A stretch of 44,237 nucleotides of DNA from NCBI GenBank assembly GCA_900553155.1, contig USCM01000001.1, positions 1 to 44,237 on the forward strand, written 5' to 3'. Shown here in pieces: positions 1 to 9,272 of this stretch (position 1 is its first letter; every line of letters begins with the position of its first letter). Both the position numbers and the translations under genes were made by a program. The DNA is from an uncultured Prevotella sp. GTDB taxonomy: Bacteria > Bacteroidota > Bacteroidia > Bacteroidales > Bacteroidaceae. The notes under the pieces were generated by a model. The model saw only the letters and a program-made list of their open reading frames with translations. It searched no databases and had not been told where the DNA came from.

Positions 1-328
1 GGTTTGCAACACCTGCGGTATCAAGAGTACCACGAACGATGTGATAACGTACACCTGGAAGGTCCTTTACACGACCACCGCGAACAAGCACGATTGAGTG
101 CTCCTGAAGGTTGTGGCCTTCTCCCGGGATGTAAGAGTTAACCTCCTTAGAGTTTGTCAGACGTACACGGGCAACCTTACGCATTGCCGAATTAGGCTTC
201 TTAGGTGTAGTTGTGTAAACACGAACGCAAACACCACGACGCTGAGGGCATGAATCCAAAGCCGGTGACTTGCTCTTGTCTACGAGCACCTTTCTGCCTT
301 TTCTTACCAATTGAGAAATTGTAGGCAT
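1..328 (-). CDS. rpsL: 30S ribosomal protein S12 (5' part; runs off the window edge)
   Basis: Hand translation of the minus strand from ATG at 328: [59 protein letters not shown]...[18 protein letters not shown], the S12 signatures. Absent from the ORF track because there is no stop in the window. Confidence 0.98.
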   Translation of the reverse strand, partial: MPTISQLVRKGRKVLVDKSKSPALDSCPQRRGVCVRVYTTTPKKPNSAMRKVARVRLTNSKEVNSYIPGEGHNLQEHSIVLVRGGRVKDLPGVRYHIVRGTLDTAGVAN

Positions 329-411
329 AATTTTACTTTTTAATTTATATATTTTTATTTTTAATTGTCGTATCCAATAAAACAGCCTAATTACAAGCCG
401 TTTTCGGGGTG

Positions 412-419
412 CAAAGGTA
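412..419 (-). promoter_or_regulatory. Bacteroidetes sigma-A -7 element (TACCTTTG) for the rpsL operon
   Basis: Matches the TAnnTTTG consensus about 85 nt upstream of the rpsL ATG in AT-rich sequence. Confidence 0.7.
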
Positions 420-575
420 CAAACTTTTCCTGAAACTACCTAACATATAAAAACTAATATTTTCCCAAGAAGCCTAAATTATATAAAAACAGGAAGTTTT
501 AACACTTGTTCACGATATTTGATAACATTACAACCACCCTACCCTGGCCATACAGACACTACTTTGAAGCAAACA

Positions 576-609
576 AAAGGCAGACAAATCTGCGCGACTT
601 GCCTGCCTT
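576..609 (-). terminator. Intrinsic terminator after the DUF3467 gene
   Basis: Arms aaggcagacaa and ttgcctgcctt, followed by a T-rich tail on the minus strand. Confidence 0.55.
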
Positions 610-637
610 ATAATTATGTTTCGGAAATCTCTATATA

Positions 638-958
638 TTAAGCCTCTGCCGGATGCTCGAACGGAGTAGCGGTACGTGGCTGCTGCTGCTCGGGAAGGTT
701 GATCTTGCCGAACTGCTTCTCGTACTTCTGGATATTGTCGTTCAACGCCATGAGGAGACGCTTAGCGTGCTCTGGAGCCATAACGACGCGGCTGCGAACC
801 TGCGGCTGCTGCATACCTGGAAGCATGCAAGTGAAGTCGAGGATAAAGTCGCTCGAAGAGTGAGTGATGAGTGCGAGGTTAGCGTAAACGCCTACACCGA
901 TTTCCGGCTTCAGTTCAATCTGAAGTCCTTGGGGCTGTTGGTTGTTGTTTTCTTCCAT
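638..958 (-). CDS. DUF3467 domain-containing protein
   Basis: LQIEL...GVYANLALITHSSSDFILDF...VRSRVVMAPEHAKRLL.AL.DNI.KYE..FG.I pattern. This family usually lies just upstream of rpsL in Bacteroidales. Confidence 0.85.
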   Translation of the reverse strand: MEENNNQQPQGLQIELKPEIGVGVYANLALITHSSSDFILDFTCMLPGMQQPQVRSRVVMAPEHAKRLLMALNDNIQKYEKQFGKINLPEQQQPRTATPFEHPAEA

Positions 959-1145
959 TTTTATTTTATGTTTAGGTTTATATTAAATAAGGTCGGCATA
1001 CGTTGGTACACAATGGTTTAAATAGCCATTCCAGCGTCATTGCCTCTTAATTGTGTTACAAAGATAGCATATTATGTGGAAATCTGCAAATTATATACAC
1101 AAAAATTTGTAATTTTGTCTTCGTAATGTTTCAAATATATAGGCT

Positions 1146-2099
1146 ATGCAGATATTACGCTTCATAAAAGATTGGACTCTACCCGTTGCTATTGCCACGG
1201 GCATAACGGTTTACCTGGTGTTTGCCCTCGTCCCCGCGCTCGATGGGTTTGCCACTGCTGCCGACCCTATATTTCAGCAGCTTCTGCCAGCGTTTATGTT
1301 CTTGGTACTGTTTGTCACCTTCTGCAAGGTCGACTACCGCAAGCTGCGCCCCGTGGCGTGGCATTGGTGGATTGGCCTATTCCAGGTTCTTACGGTTGGG
1401 GCTATAATGGCGCTGATATTGTGCCTGCACCTTACTGGCGACAGCCTTATCCTTGCCGAAGCCGTGCTAACCTGCATAATCTGTCCTTGCGCATCGGCTG
1501 CCGCGGTTGTAACGCAGAAGCTTGGAGGCAACCTTGAGGAGATGACCACATACACTTTTCTATCCAACTTCATCACCGCCCTTCTCATACCGGTTTGCTT
1601 CCCGATGATAGACAAGGCTGCCGACATTCATTTCCTCGAAGCATTCGCCCTTATATTATATAAGGTGTTCACCGTGCTTGTTGTGCCTATGATTCTTGCT
1701 TACATCGTAAAGCATCACGCAAAGGGTGTATGCCAGCGCATCACTTCCATAAAAGACCTTTCTTATTATCTTTGGGGATGCTCGTTGCTGATAGTGTCGG
1801 GCACAACTATGAAGAACATCCTGCATGCCGACACAAGCATTGCTTTTCTGCTCGTCATTGCCGTATGCTCGCTCGTGCTGTGTCTGTTTCAGTTTGGGTG
1901 CGGCAGGGCTATTGGCTCGCGCTTCAACCAGACGGTCAATGCCGGTCAGGCATTGGGTCAGAAGAACACTGCATTTGCTATATGGATAGCCTCCACCTAT
2001 CTGTCGCCGCTGTCGTCGGTTGGTCCGGGTTGCTATATTCTGTGGCAGAATATCATTAACAGTTGGGAGATATGGGAGGCCCAGAAGAGAAGAAAGTAA
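1146..2099 (+). CDS. Bile acid:sodium symporter (BASS) family transporter
   Basis: About 9-10 hydrophobic segments; CPCASAAAVVTQKLGG and GQALGQKNT motifs. Confidence 0.85.
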   Translation: MQILRFIKDWTLPVAIATGITVYLVFALVPALDGFATAADPIFQQLLPAFMFLVLFVTFCKVDYRKLRPVAWHWWIGLFQVLTVGAIMALILCLHLTGDSLILAEAVLTCIICPCASAAAVVTQKLGGNLEEMTTYTFLSNFITALLIPVCFPMIDKAADIHFLEAFALILYKVFTVLVVPMILAYIVKHHAKGVCQRITSIKDLSYYLWGCSLLIVSGTTMKNILHADTSIAFLLVIAVCSLVLCLFQFGCGRAIGSRFNQTVNAGQALGQKNTAFAIWIASTYLSPLSSVGPGCYILWQNIINSWEIWEAQKRRK

Positions 2100-2226
2100 A
2101 TTGTAGTCCTCTCGTCCTGTCTTCTCCGCTATAAACCCAGTTTGTGTCAGCCCGTATGCCTAATGAACTTTTTTTATTTTCACCAGACGCACATTTACAA
2201 TTCTAAAGCGTTTCAATCATTTCCTA

Positions 2227-2270
2227 TTACAATATATCACAATATTAAACGATATTGCGATATATTGTAA
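2227..2270. promoter_or_regulatory. 44-bp imperfect palindrome upstream of the gltB promoter
   Basis: ttacaatatatcacaatat-taaacg-atattgcgatatattgtaa: 19-bp arms with one mismatch. Confidence 0.5.
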
Positions 2271-2342
2271 GTAAAAACTTGTTCTATATCAAAAAATATT
2301 CAATTTAAATAGTCTAAACATTACTGTTTGAAACTAAATTAG

Positions 2343-2350
2343 TAAATTTG
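2343..2350 (+). promoter_or_regulatory. -7 element (TAAATTTG) for gltBD
   Basis: TAnnTTTG consensus about 50 nt upstream of the gltB start. Confidence 0.65.
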
Positions 2351-2401
2351 CAAGCACTTTGATAGGAATTTTAATAGTTTACTAATTAAACGTAATGCAA
2401 G

Positions 2402-5400
2402 ATGGGAAAAACGCAAGACCATCAAGCCAGCCATGCGTTGGCAGGCAAGAGAATTTCAGGACTTTACAATGCCGCCTATGAGCACGACGCGTGCGGTGTA
2501 GGTATGGTAGTGAATATTCATGGTAACAAGAGCCACGAATTAGTAGACAACGCTCTGCGCGTGCTTGAGAACATGCGCCATAGAGGTGCTGAAGGTGCCG
2601 ACAACAAAACGGGCGACGGTGCAGGTATCATGCTTCAGATACCTCACGAGTTCATTTTGTTGCAGGGTATACCTGTGCCAGAGAAGGGTAAGTACGGCAC
2701 CGGACTCGTTTTTCTTCCTAAAGACGAGCAGAAACAGCAGGCCATTCTGTCCATTATGATTGAGGAGATTGAGCGCGAAGGCCTCTCTTTGATGCATCTC
2801 CGTGCCGTGCCCACCAATCCCGACTGCCTCGGCGAGTCGGCTCTCAAGACAGAGCCTACCATCAAGCAGGTGTTCATCACCGGCGTTACCGACGACAAGG
2901 TAGCCACCTTCGAGCGTACCTTATATATAATACGCAAGAAGATAGAGAACCGCGTCAACGACAAAGACTTTTATATCTGCTCGCTTTCGAGCCGAAACAT
3001 TGTATACAAGGGTATGCTCTCGTCTATGCAGGTACGTCAGTACTACCCCGACCTCACCAACAACTATTTCACATCGGGTCTGGCTCTCGTCCATTCTCGT
3101 TTCTCTACCAACACGTTCCCTACCTGGAGCCTTGCCCAGCCGTTCCGCTTGCTTGCCCACAACGGCGAGATAAACACCATACGTGGCAACCGCTCGTGGT
3201 TCAAGGCACGCGAATCGGTACTCTCAAGCGACACATTGGGCGACATTCGCAACATATCTCCTATCATACAGCCCGATATGTCCGACTCGGCAAGCCTCGA
3301 CAACGTGTTCGAGTTCTTCGTGATGAGCGGCCTTTCATTGCCTCACGCCATGGCTGTAATGGTGCCTGAGAGCTTCAACGACAAGAACCCTATACCCGAA
3401 GACCTCAAGGCTTTCTACGAGTATCACTCTATCCTTATGGAACCTTGGGACGGCCCAGCCGCCCTTCTCTTCAGCGACGGACGCTACGCCGGAGGTATGC
3501 TCGACCGCAACGGTCTGCGCCCGGCACGATATACTATTACCAAGAACGACACCATGGTCGTGGCATCCGAGGTGGGTGTCATGGACTTTGACCCAACTGA
3601 GATTGCCGAAAAGGGACGTCTGCAACCAGGTAAGATTCTCCTTATCGACACTCAGGAGGGTAAAATCTACTACGACGGAGAGATTAAGGAGCGCCTTGCA
3701 AGTGCGCATCCTTACCGTCAGTGGCTTTCTACCAACCGTATACAGCTTGAGAAGCTGCACTCGGGCCGCAAGGTAGACAATTCGGTTGACAACCTTACAC
3801 GCAAGGAACTGATGTTCGGTTTCGGCGAGGAGGATGTCGACGGCACCATCGTGCCTATGGCTACAAACGGCCAGGAACCTACAGCATCAATGGGCAACGA
3901 TACCCCGTTGGCTGTGCTCTCAAGCCACTCGCAGGTGTTCTTCAACTATTTCCGCCAGCAGTTTGCCCAGGTTACCAACCCTGCCATCGACTCTATACGC
4001 GAGTCGTTGGTTATGTCGCTGTCCGAATATATCGGCCGTGTAGGCTCGGGCATCCTTTCGCCCGACGAGTCGAACTGCAAGATGGTGCGCCTGCCCCACC
4101 CTATCCTTACAAACACACAGCTCGACATCCTCTGCAACATACGCTATAAGGGATTCAACACCGTAAAGCTTCCCATGCTCTTCGAGTGCAGCAAGGGCGA
4201 GGAGGGACTGCGCGAATCGCTCGACGCCCTATGCAAGGAAGCCGAGCGCAGCGTAGACGACGGCTACAACTACATCATCCTTAGCGACCGCGACGTCGAC
4301 GAGGCTCATGCCGCCATACCGTCATTGCTCGCCGTAAGCGCCGTACACCACTACCTTATATCTGTAGGCAAGCGTGTGCAGACTGCCCTTATCGTCGAGA
4401 GCGGCGAGATTAGAGAGGTGATGCACGCCGCCTTGCTTCTTGGCTACGGTGCTTCTGCCCTCTGCCCTTACATGACATACGCCATCCTCGACGACCTTGT
4501 AAAGCGCGGAAAGATTCAGGAGAACTATGCCACAGCCGAGGCCAACTATATCAAGGCGGTCAAGAAGGGTCTGCTCAAGATTATGGCAAAGATGGGTATA
4601 TCTACCATACGCTCTTACCGTGGTGCCAAGATATTCGAGAGCATCGGTCTGTCGGAGGCTTTATTGAAGGCCTACTTCGGCACAGAGGTCAGCACCATCG
4701 GCGGTGTAGGCTTGGAGACAATAGCACGCGACGCCATCGCCATGCACGACAAGGCATTCAACAACAAGAAACAGCTCGACTTCCTGCCCAACTTCGGACA
4801 GTTCCACTGGCGCCGCGACGGAATACGCCACGCATGGAACCCGGAAACTATAGCAACTTTGCAGCTTGCCACACGCACTGGCAACTATGCTAAATATAAG
4901 GAATTCACGAAGTTTGTCGACGAGAAAGAAGACCCTATCTTCATTCGCGACTTCTTCGACTTCAAACATAATCCGATACCAGTAGACGAGGTAGAACCCG
5001 TCGAAACCATTGTTAAACACTTCGTGACGGGAGCCATGTCGTTCGGAGCCTTGTCTAAGGAGGCTCACGAGGCAATGGCACTTGCCATGAACAAGCTCGG
5101 CGCACGCTCTAACACGGGTGAGGGCGGCGAACTAAGCGAACGCTTCCACGAGACAGTGGACGGCGTATCGCTGTCGAGCAAAACCAAGCAGGTGGCTTCG
5201 GGCCGCTTTGGTGTAACTACCGAATACCTCGTCAATGCCGAGGAGATACAGATTAAGGTGGCACAGGGTGCAAAGCCTGGTGAGGGCGGACAGCTGCCAG
5301 GATTTAAGGTGAACGAGGTCATTGCAAAGACCCGCCACTCTATCCCGGGCATCTCGCTCATCTCGCCTCCACCTCATCACGACATCTACTCTATCGAGGA

Positions 5401-6922
5401 CTTGGCTCAGCTTATCTTCGACCTCAAGAATGTCAATCCTAAGGCTGCCATCAGCGTAAAGCTGGTTGCCGAGAGTGGCGTAGGCACCATCGCCGCAGGT
5501 GTGGCTAAAGCCAAGGCCGACCTTATCGTTATATCGGGTGCCGAGGGTGGCACGGGTGCATCGCCGGCGTCAAGTATGCGCTTCGCGGGCATCTCTCCAG
5601 AGATTGGTCTGTCGGAGACACAGCAGACATTGGTAAAGAATGGTCTGCGCGGTCAGGTGCGCCTTCAGGTCGACGGACAGCTCAAGACGGGCCGCGACGT
5701 TGTGCTTATGGCTCTGTTGGGTGCCGAGGAGTTTGGCTTCGGTACAGCTGCGCTCATCGTGCTTGGCTGCGTGATGATGCGCAAGTGCAACCTCAACACC
5801 TGCCCTATGGGTGTAGCCACACAGAACCCGGAGCTGCGCAAGCTGTTCCGCGGCAAGGCCGAATACCTTGTCAACTACTTTACATTCGTGGCACAAGAGG
5901 TGCGCGAGTATCTGGCAGAGATGGGCTACCGCAGCCTTAACGACATCGTGGGCCATACCGAGCTTATCATAACCAAGCAGGACGAGAAGAATCCTAAGTC
6001 GGCTCTGCTCGACTTCCGCCGCCTCCTGTTCAAGGAGCCTAACGTATGCTCGCTTTACCACACCGCACAACAGCGCCACGAGCTTGGCGACGTGCTCGAC
6101 CAGCATATCATACGTGGTGCACAAAACTCAATAGAACGTCAGGATGAAGTGTCTCTCGACTTTGCCATCAAGAACACCGACCGTGCCGTTGGAGCCATGC
6201 TCAGCGGTATGATAGCACAGAAGTACGGCGAGCAGGGACTGCCCGACAAGACCATCAACGTCAAGTTCAAGGGTTCGGCAGGTCAGAGCTTCGGCGCCTT
6301 CCTTGTCAAGGGTGTCGACTTCAAGCTTGAGGGCGAGGCCAACGACTACTTTGCCAAGGGCCTCTCTGGCGGACGTGTATCCATCCTTCCGCCTATCCGA
6401 AGCAACTTCTCTGCCGAGGACAACATCATCGCCGGCAACACGGGTCTCTACGGTGCCACAAGCGGCGAGCTGTACATCAATGGCAAGGTGGGCGAACGCT
6501 TCGGCGTGCGCAACTCGGGCGCCACTGCCGTTATCGAGGGTGCGGGCGACCACTGCTGCGAGTATATGACGGGCGGACGTGTCGTTGTGCTCGGCGAGAC
6601 GGGCCGCAACTTTGCTGCCGGTATGTCGGGTGGCGTGGCTTACGTCTGGGACAAGAACCACAACTTCGACTACTTCTGCAATATGGACATGGTGGAGATT
6701 AACCTCGTTGAGGACAGCAACTACCGCAAGGAGCTGCACGAGCTGATACGCCAGCACTATCTCTACACCGGCTCTAAGCTTGCACGCACCATGCTCGACG
6801 ACTGGAACCGCTACGTCGAGGACTTCATACAGATTGTCCCCATTGAGTATAAGCGTGTGCTCCAGGAAGAGCAGGTTCGCAAACTGCAACAGAAGATTGC
6901 GGATATGCAGAGAGACTATTGA
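2402..6922 (+). CDS. gltB: Glutamate synthase large subunit
   Basis: EHDACGVG amidotransferase N-terminus, HSRFSTNT, HNGEINT, QGAKPGEGGQLPG, the 3Fe-4S motif CVMMRKCNLNTC, and a C-terminal GXGXG domain. Confidence 0.98.
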   Translation: MGKTQDHQASHALAGKRISGLYNAAYEHDACGVGMVVNIHGNKSHELVDNALRVLENMRHRGAEGADNKTGDGAGIMLQIPHEFILLQGIPVPEKGKYGTGLVFLPKDEQKQQAILSIMIEEIEREGLSLMHLRAVPTNPDCLGESALKTEPTIKQVFITGVTDDKVATFERTLYIIRKKIENRVNDKDFYICSLSSRNIVYKGMLSSMQVRQYYPDLTNNYFTSGLALVHSRFSTNTFPTWSLAQPFRLLAHNGEINTIRGNRSWFKARESVLSSDTLGDIRNISPIIQPDMSDSASLDNVFEFFVMSGLSLPHAMAVMVPESFNDKNPIPEDLKAFYEYHSILMEPWDGPAALLFSDGRYAGGMLDRNGLRPARYTITKNDTMVVASEVGVMDFDPTEIAEKGRLQPGKILLIDTQEGKIYYDGEIKERLASAHPYRQWLSTNRIQLEKLHSGRKVDNSVDNLTRKELMFGFGEEDVDGTIVPMATNGQEPTASMGNDTPLAVLSSHSQVFFNYFRQQFAQVTNPAIDSIRESLVMSLSEYIGRVGSGILSPDESNCKMVRLPHPILTNTQLDILCNIRYKGFNTVKLPMLFECSKGEEGLRESLDALCKEAERSVDDGYNYIILSDRDVDEAHAAIPSLLAVSAVHHYLISVGKRVQTALIVESGEIREVMHAALLLGYGASALCPYMTYAILDDLVKRGKIQENYATAEANYIKAVKKGLLKIMAKMGISTIRSYRGAKIFESIGLSEALLKAYFGTEVSTIGGVGLETIARDAIAMHDKAFNNKKQLDFLPNFGQFHWRRDGIRHAWNPETIATLQLATRTGNYAKYKEFTKFVDEKEDPIFIRDFFDFKHNPIPVDEVEPVETIVKHFVTGAMSFGALSKEAHEAMALAMNKLGARSNTGEGGELSERFHETVDGVSLSSKTKQVASGRFGVTTEYLVNAEEIQIKVAQGAKPGEGGQLPGFKVNEVIAKTRHSIPGISLISPPPHHDIYSIEDLAQLIFDLKNVNPKAAISVKLVAESGVGTIAAGVAKAKADLIVISGAEGGTGASPASSMRFAGISPEIGLSETQQTLVKNGLRGQVRLQVDGQLKTGRDVVLMALLGAEEFGFGTAALIVLGCVMMRKCNLNTCPMGVATQNPELRKLFRGKAEYLVNYFTFVAQEVREYLAEMGYRSLNDIVGHTELIITKQDEKNPKSALLDFRRLLFKEPNVCSLYHTAQQRHELGDVLDQHIIRGAQNSIERQDEVSLDFAIKNTDRAVGAMLSGMIAQKYGEQGLPDKTINVKFKGSAGQSFGAFLVKGVDFKLEGEANDYFAKGLSGGRVSILPPIRSNFSAEDNIIAGNTGLYGATSGELYINGKVGERFGVRNSGATAVIEGAGDHCCEYMTGGRVVVLGETGRNFAAGMSGGVAYVWDKNHNFDYFCNMDMVEINLVEDSNYRKELHELIRQHYLYTGSKLARTMLDDWNRYVEDFIQIVPIEYKRVLQEEQVRKLQQKIADMQRDY

Positions 6923-7197
6923 TTTGCGCAAAGCGCAAATCAGAGTTTTGAGTTTTGAATTTTGAGTTTTGAATTATCGGCGGTGCCGATTACGAATTGT
7001 TCAATTTTGAATTGACTGGTCGATTTGAAAATCGAACTGAATAACTCAGAAACAATAACTGAATAACTCAGAATTCATAACTGAATAACTCAAAATGCGC
7101 AAAGCGCACAATTCAAAACTCAAAACTCAAAACTCAACATTGCGACTGCAAGTCGCAACAACTCAAAACTCAAAATTCAAAACTCAAAATTCGAATC
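6921..7197. repeat. Inverted heptamer-repeat arrays punctuated by small GC hairpins (gltB-gltD spacer)
   Basis: (TTTTGAR)n at about 6946-6975 faces (AAYTCAA)n at about 7110-7192, with ACTGAATAACTCA units between them. Hairpins: gatttgcgc-aaa-gcgcaaatc, atcggc-ggt-gccgat, tcgattt-ga-aaatcga, tgcgc-aaa-gcgca, ttgcgac-tgcaa-gtcgcaa. Confidence 0.9.
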
Positions 7198-8544
7198 ATG
7201 GGAAATCCAAAAGCATTCCTCACTATACACCGCAAGGAAGCGGGTTATCGCCCCATACACGACCGTATTCACGATTTTGGCGAAGTAGAACAAACGCTTA
7301 ACAGCAACGACCGCCGACAGCAGGCATCGCGTTGCATGGACTGTGGCGTACCATTCTGCCACTGGGCTTGCCCTCTTGGCAACAAGGCGCCCGAGTGGAA
7401 CGACGCTCTGTATAAAGGCGATTGGGAGCTGGCATATCGCCTGCTCAATTCTACCAACGACTTTCCCGAGTTTACGGGACGCATCTGCCCGGCACTCTGC
7501 GAGAAGGCTTGCGTGCTGAACCTTGTAGAGCACGAGCCTACAACCAACCGCGAGGACGAGTGTGCCATTACCGAGCATGCCTTCCAGGAAGACTATGTAC
7601 GCGTTGAACAACCCGAGCGCAACGGCAAGAAGGTGTGCGTCATAGGCGCCGGACCTGCCGGACTGGTGGCTGCCAACCGACTTAACCACATGGGCTACAG
7701 CGTAACCGTGATGGAGAAGAACGAGAGCGCAGGCGGACTGCTGCGCTTCGGCATACCTAACTTTAAGCTTAACAAGGCTGTCATCGACCGCCGCATTGCC
7801 TTGCTCGAAGAGGAGGGCATCGTGTTCAAGTACAACGCGCCTGTAGATGTGGAGCATCTGCCCGAGGGCTTCGATGCCTACGTGGTGTCTACCGGCACAC
7901 CTACAGCACGCGACCTCCCTATCCCGGGCCGCGAGCTTAAGGGCGTCTACTTCGCCCTGGAGATGCTGTCGCAGCAGAACCGTGTGCTGGCAGGTATGGA
8001 GTTTAAGAAGGACGAGCTTGTCAACGCCAAGGGCAAGGACGTGCTTGTTATCGGTGGCGGCGATACCGGCAGCGACTGCATAGGCACGGCTCACCGCCAG
8101 GGTTGCAAGTCGGTTACACAGATAGAGATTATGCCCCGACCCGTCGACGGACCCGACGACCCCAAGAACCCTTGGCCCAACTGGCCACGCACACTCAAGA
8201 CCACCTCGTCGCACGAGGAGGGATGCACACGCCGCTGGAACATCAACTCGCTTGAGTTCCTTGGCGACAAGAACGGCAAGCTCACCGGTGTGCGCGTTCA
8301 GGAGATAACGTGGAAGCCCAACCCCGCGGGTGGACGTCCGCTTATGGAGCCGGTAGGCAAACCAGAGATAATAAAGTGTGAGATGGTGCTGCTCGCCATG
8401 GGCTTCCTTAAACCCGAGCAGCCAAAGTTTGCTCCTAACGTGTTTGTGGCTGGCGATGCGGCAAATGGCGCATCGCTCGTTGTACGCGCTATGGCAAGCG
8501 GCAAGAAGACGGCTGCCGAAGTAGACAGATTCCTATCGAAGTAA
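7198..8544 (+). CDS. gltD: Glutamate synthase small subunit
   Basis: RCMDCGVPFC, GRICPALCE, GAGPAG (FAD) and GGGDTGSDC (NAD(P)H) motifs; follows gltB. Confidence 0.97.
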   Translation: MGNPKAFLTIHRKEAGYRPIHDRIHDFGEVEQTLNSNDRRQQASRCMDCGVPFCHWACPLGNKAPEWNDALYKGDWELAYRLLNSTNDFPEFTGRICPALCEKACVLNLVEHEPTTNREDECAITEHAFQEDYVRVEQPERNGKKVCVIGAGPAGLVAANRLNHMGYSVTVMEKNESAGGLLRFGIPNFKLNKAVIDRRIALLEEEGIVFKYNAPVDVEHLPEGFDAYVVSTGTPTARDLPIPGRELKGVYFALEMLSQQNRVLAGMEFKKDELVNAKGKDVLVIGGGDTGSDCIGTAHRQGCKSVTQIEIMPRPVDGPDDPKNPWPNWPRTLKTTSSHEEGCTRRWNINSLEFLGDKNGKLTGVRVQEITWKPNPAGGRPLMEPVGKPEIIKCEMVLLAMGFLKPEQPKFAPNVFVAGDAANGASLVVRAMASGKKTAAEVDRFLSK

Positions 8545-8600
8545 TTTTCTTATCATTGCCTTTCCTTTCCATCACGAAAGGCTATGGCAGCCATACGTGG

Positions 8601-8643
8601 ACGGGACCGACGCCGAGTGAGGCGTTGGTCCCGTTGTTGTTTT
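8601..8643 (+). terminator. Intrinsic terminator of gltBD
   Basis: acgggaccgacgcc-gagtga-ggcgttggtcccgt hairpin followed by tgttgtttt. Confidence 0.75.
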
Positions 8644-8777
8644 AAGAAAGTGTTGTTGGAAGTATAGGTTGTAGAAAAAAGTTTTGTTATTATGAAATAA
8701 AGTGGCAAAGTACCAGTTTACACCTTATACCATTGATTATCAAAGGGTTAAAGACTGTCACTTCGTCGTTTCAGAAT

Positions 8778-8813
8778 GGCTATCTGCCAGGCTATCTGTC
8801 AGCCTATCTGCCA
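8778..8813. repeat. 3 x 12-bp tandem repeat
   Basis: ggctatctgcca ggctatctgtca gcctatctgcca. Confidence 0.9.
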
Positions 8814-9228
8814 GGAGGATTATTATATTAGGCCCATGCGATATTGAGAAGAGAATAAACTGGGGGTTGCTGGGGAGAATGGCGTCTGGATGTTCGTGTA
8901 ATGGACGTATAATGTATTGGTTCGTGTAATGAACGTATAATTTTACTTGTAGATATTTGCTTGGAGTTCCCTTGCTTTTAGTTCCCACGGAACTCACAGA
9001 TGACACAGAAGCCTACGGGCTTAAGCTTTAGGAATCCACAGAATAGCCTACGCTTCGCGAGGCATGAACTCACAGAATTGATTGCTTGTGTAGCGTCTAC
9101 ACGATAAAAACATTAACGTTCATTACACGATAGAAACATTAACGTCCATTACACGAACCATATATATTATACGTCCATTACACGAACATTTGAGCCCAAC
9201 CCATAGCTTACCTAAGGCTATGTAGCTT

Positions 9229-9272
9229 CATTACCAAGCCTTTGTAACACCATTACCAAGCCTTTGTAATAC
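9229..9272. repeat. 2 x 22-bp tandem repeat
   Basis: cattaccaagcctttgtaacac cattaccaagcctttgtaatac, with a degenerate third copy at about 9207-9228. Confidence 0.9.

Noticed and set aside
7095..7301. 68-aa ORF MRKAHNSKLKTQNS...
   Set aside because: It is a translation of the heptamer repeat and overlaps gltD out of frame.
2540..8504. Long antisense ORFs over gltB/gltD (and likewise over argH, the subtilase and dsbD)
   Set aside because: These are shadow ORFs caused by codon bias in genuine genes on the opposite strand.
8890..9272. CRISPR array
   Set aside because: Units are 22-29 bp in near-tandem with no unique 30-40 bp spacers, they occur in both orientations, and there are no cas genes.
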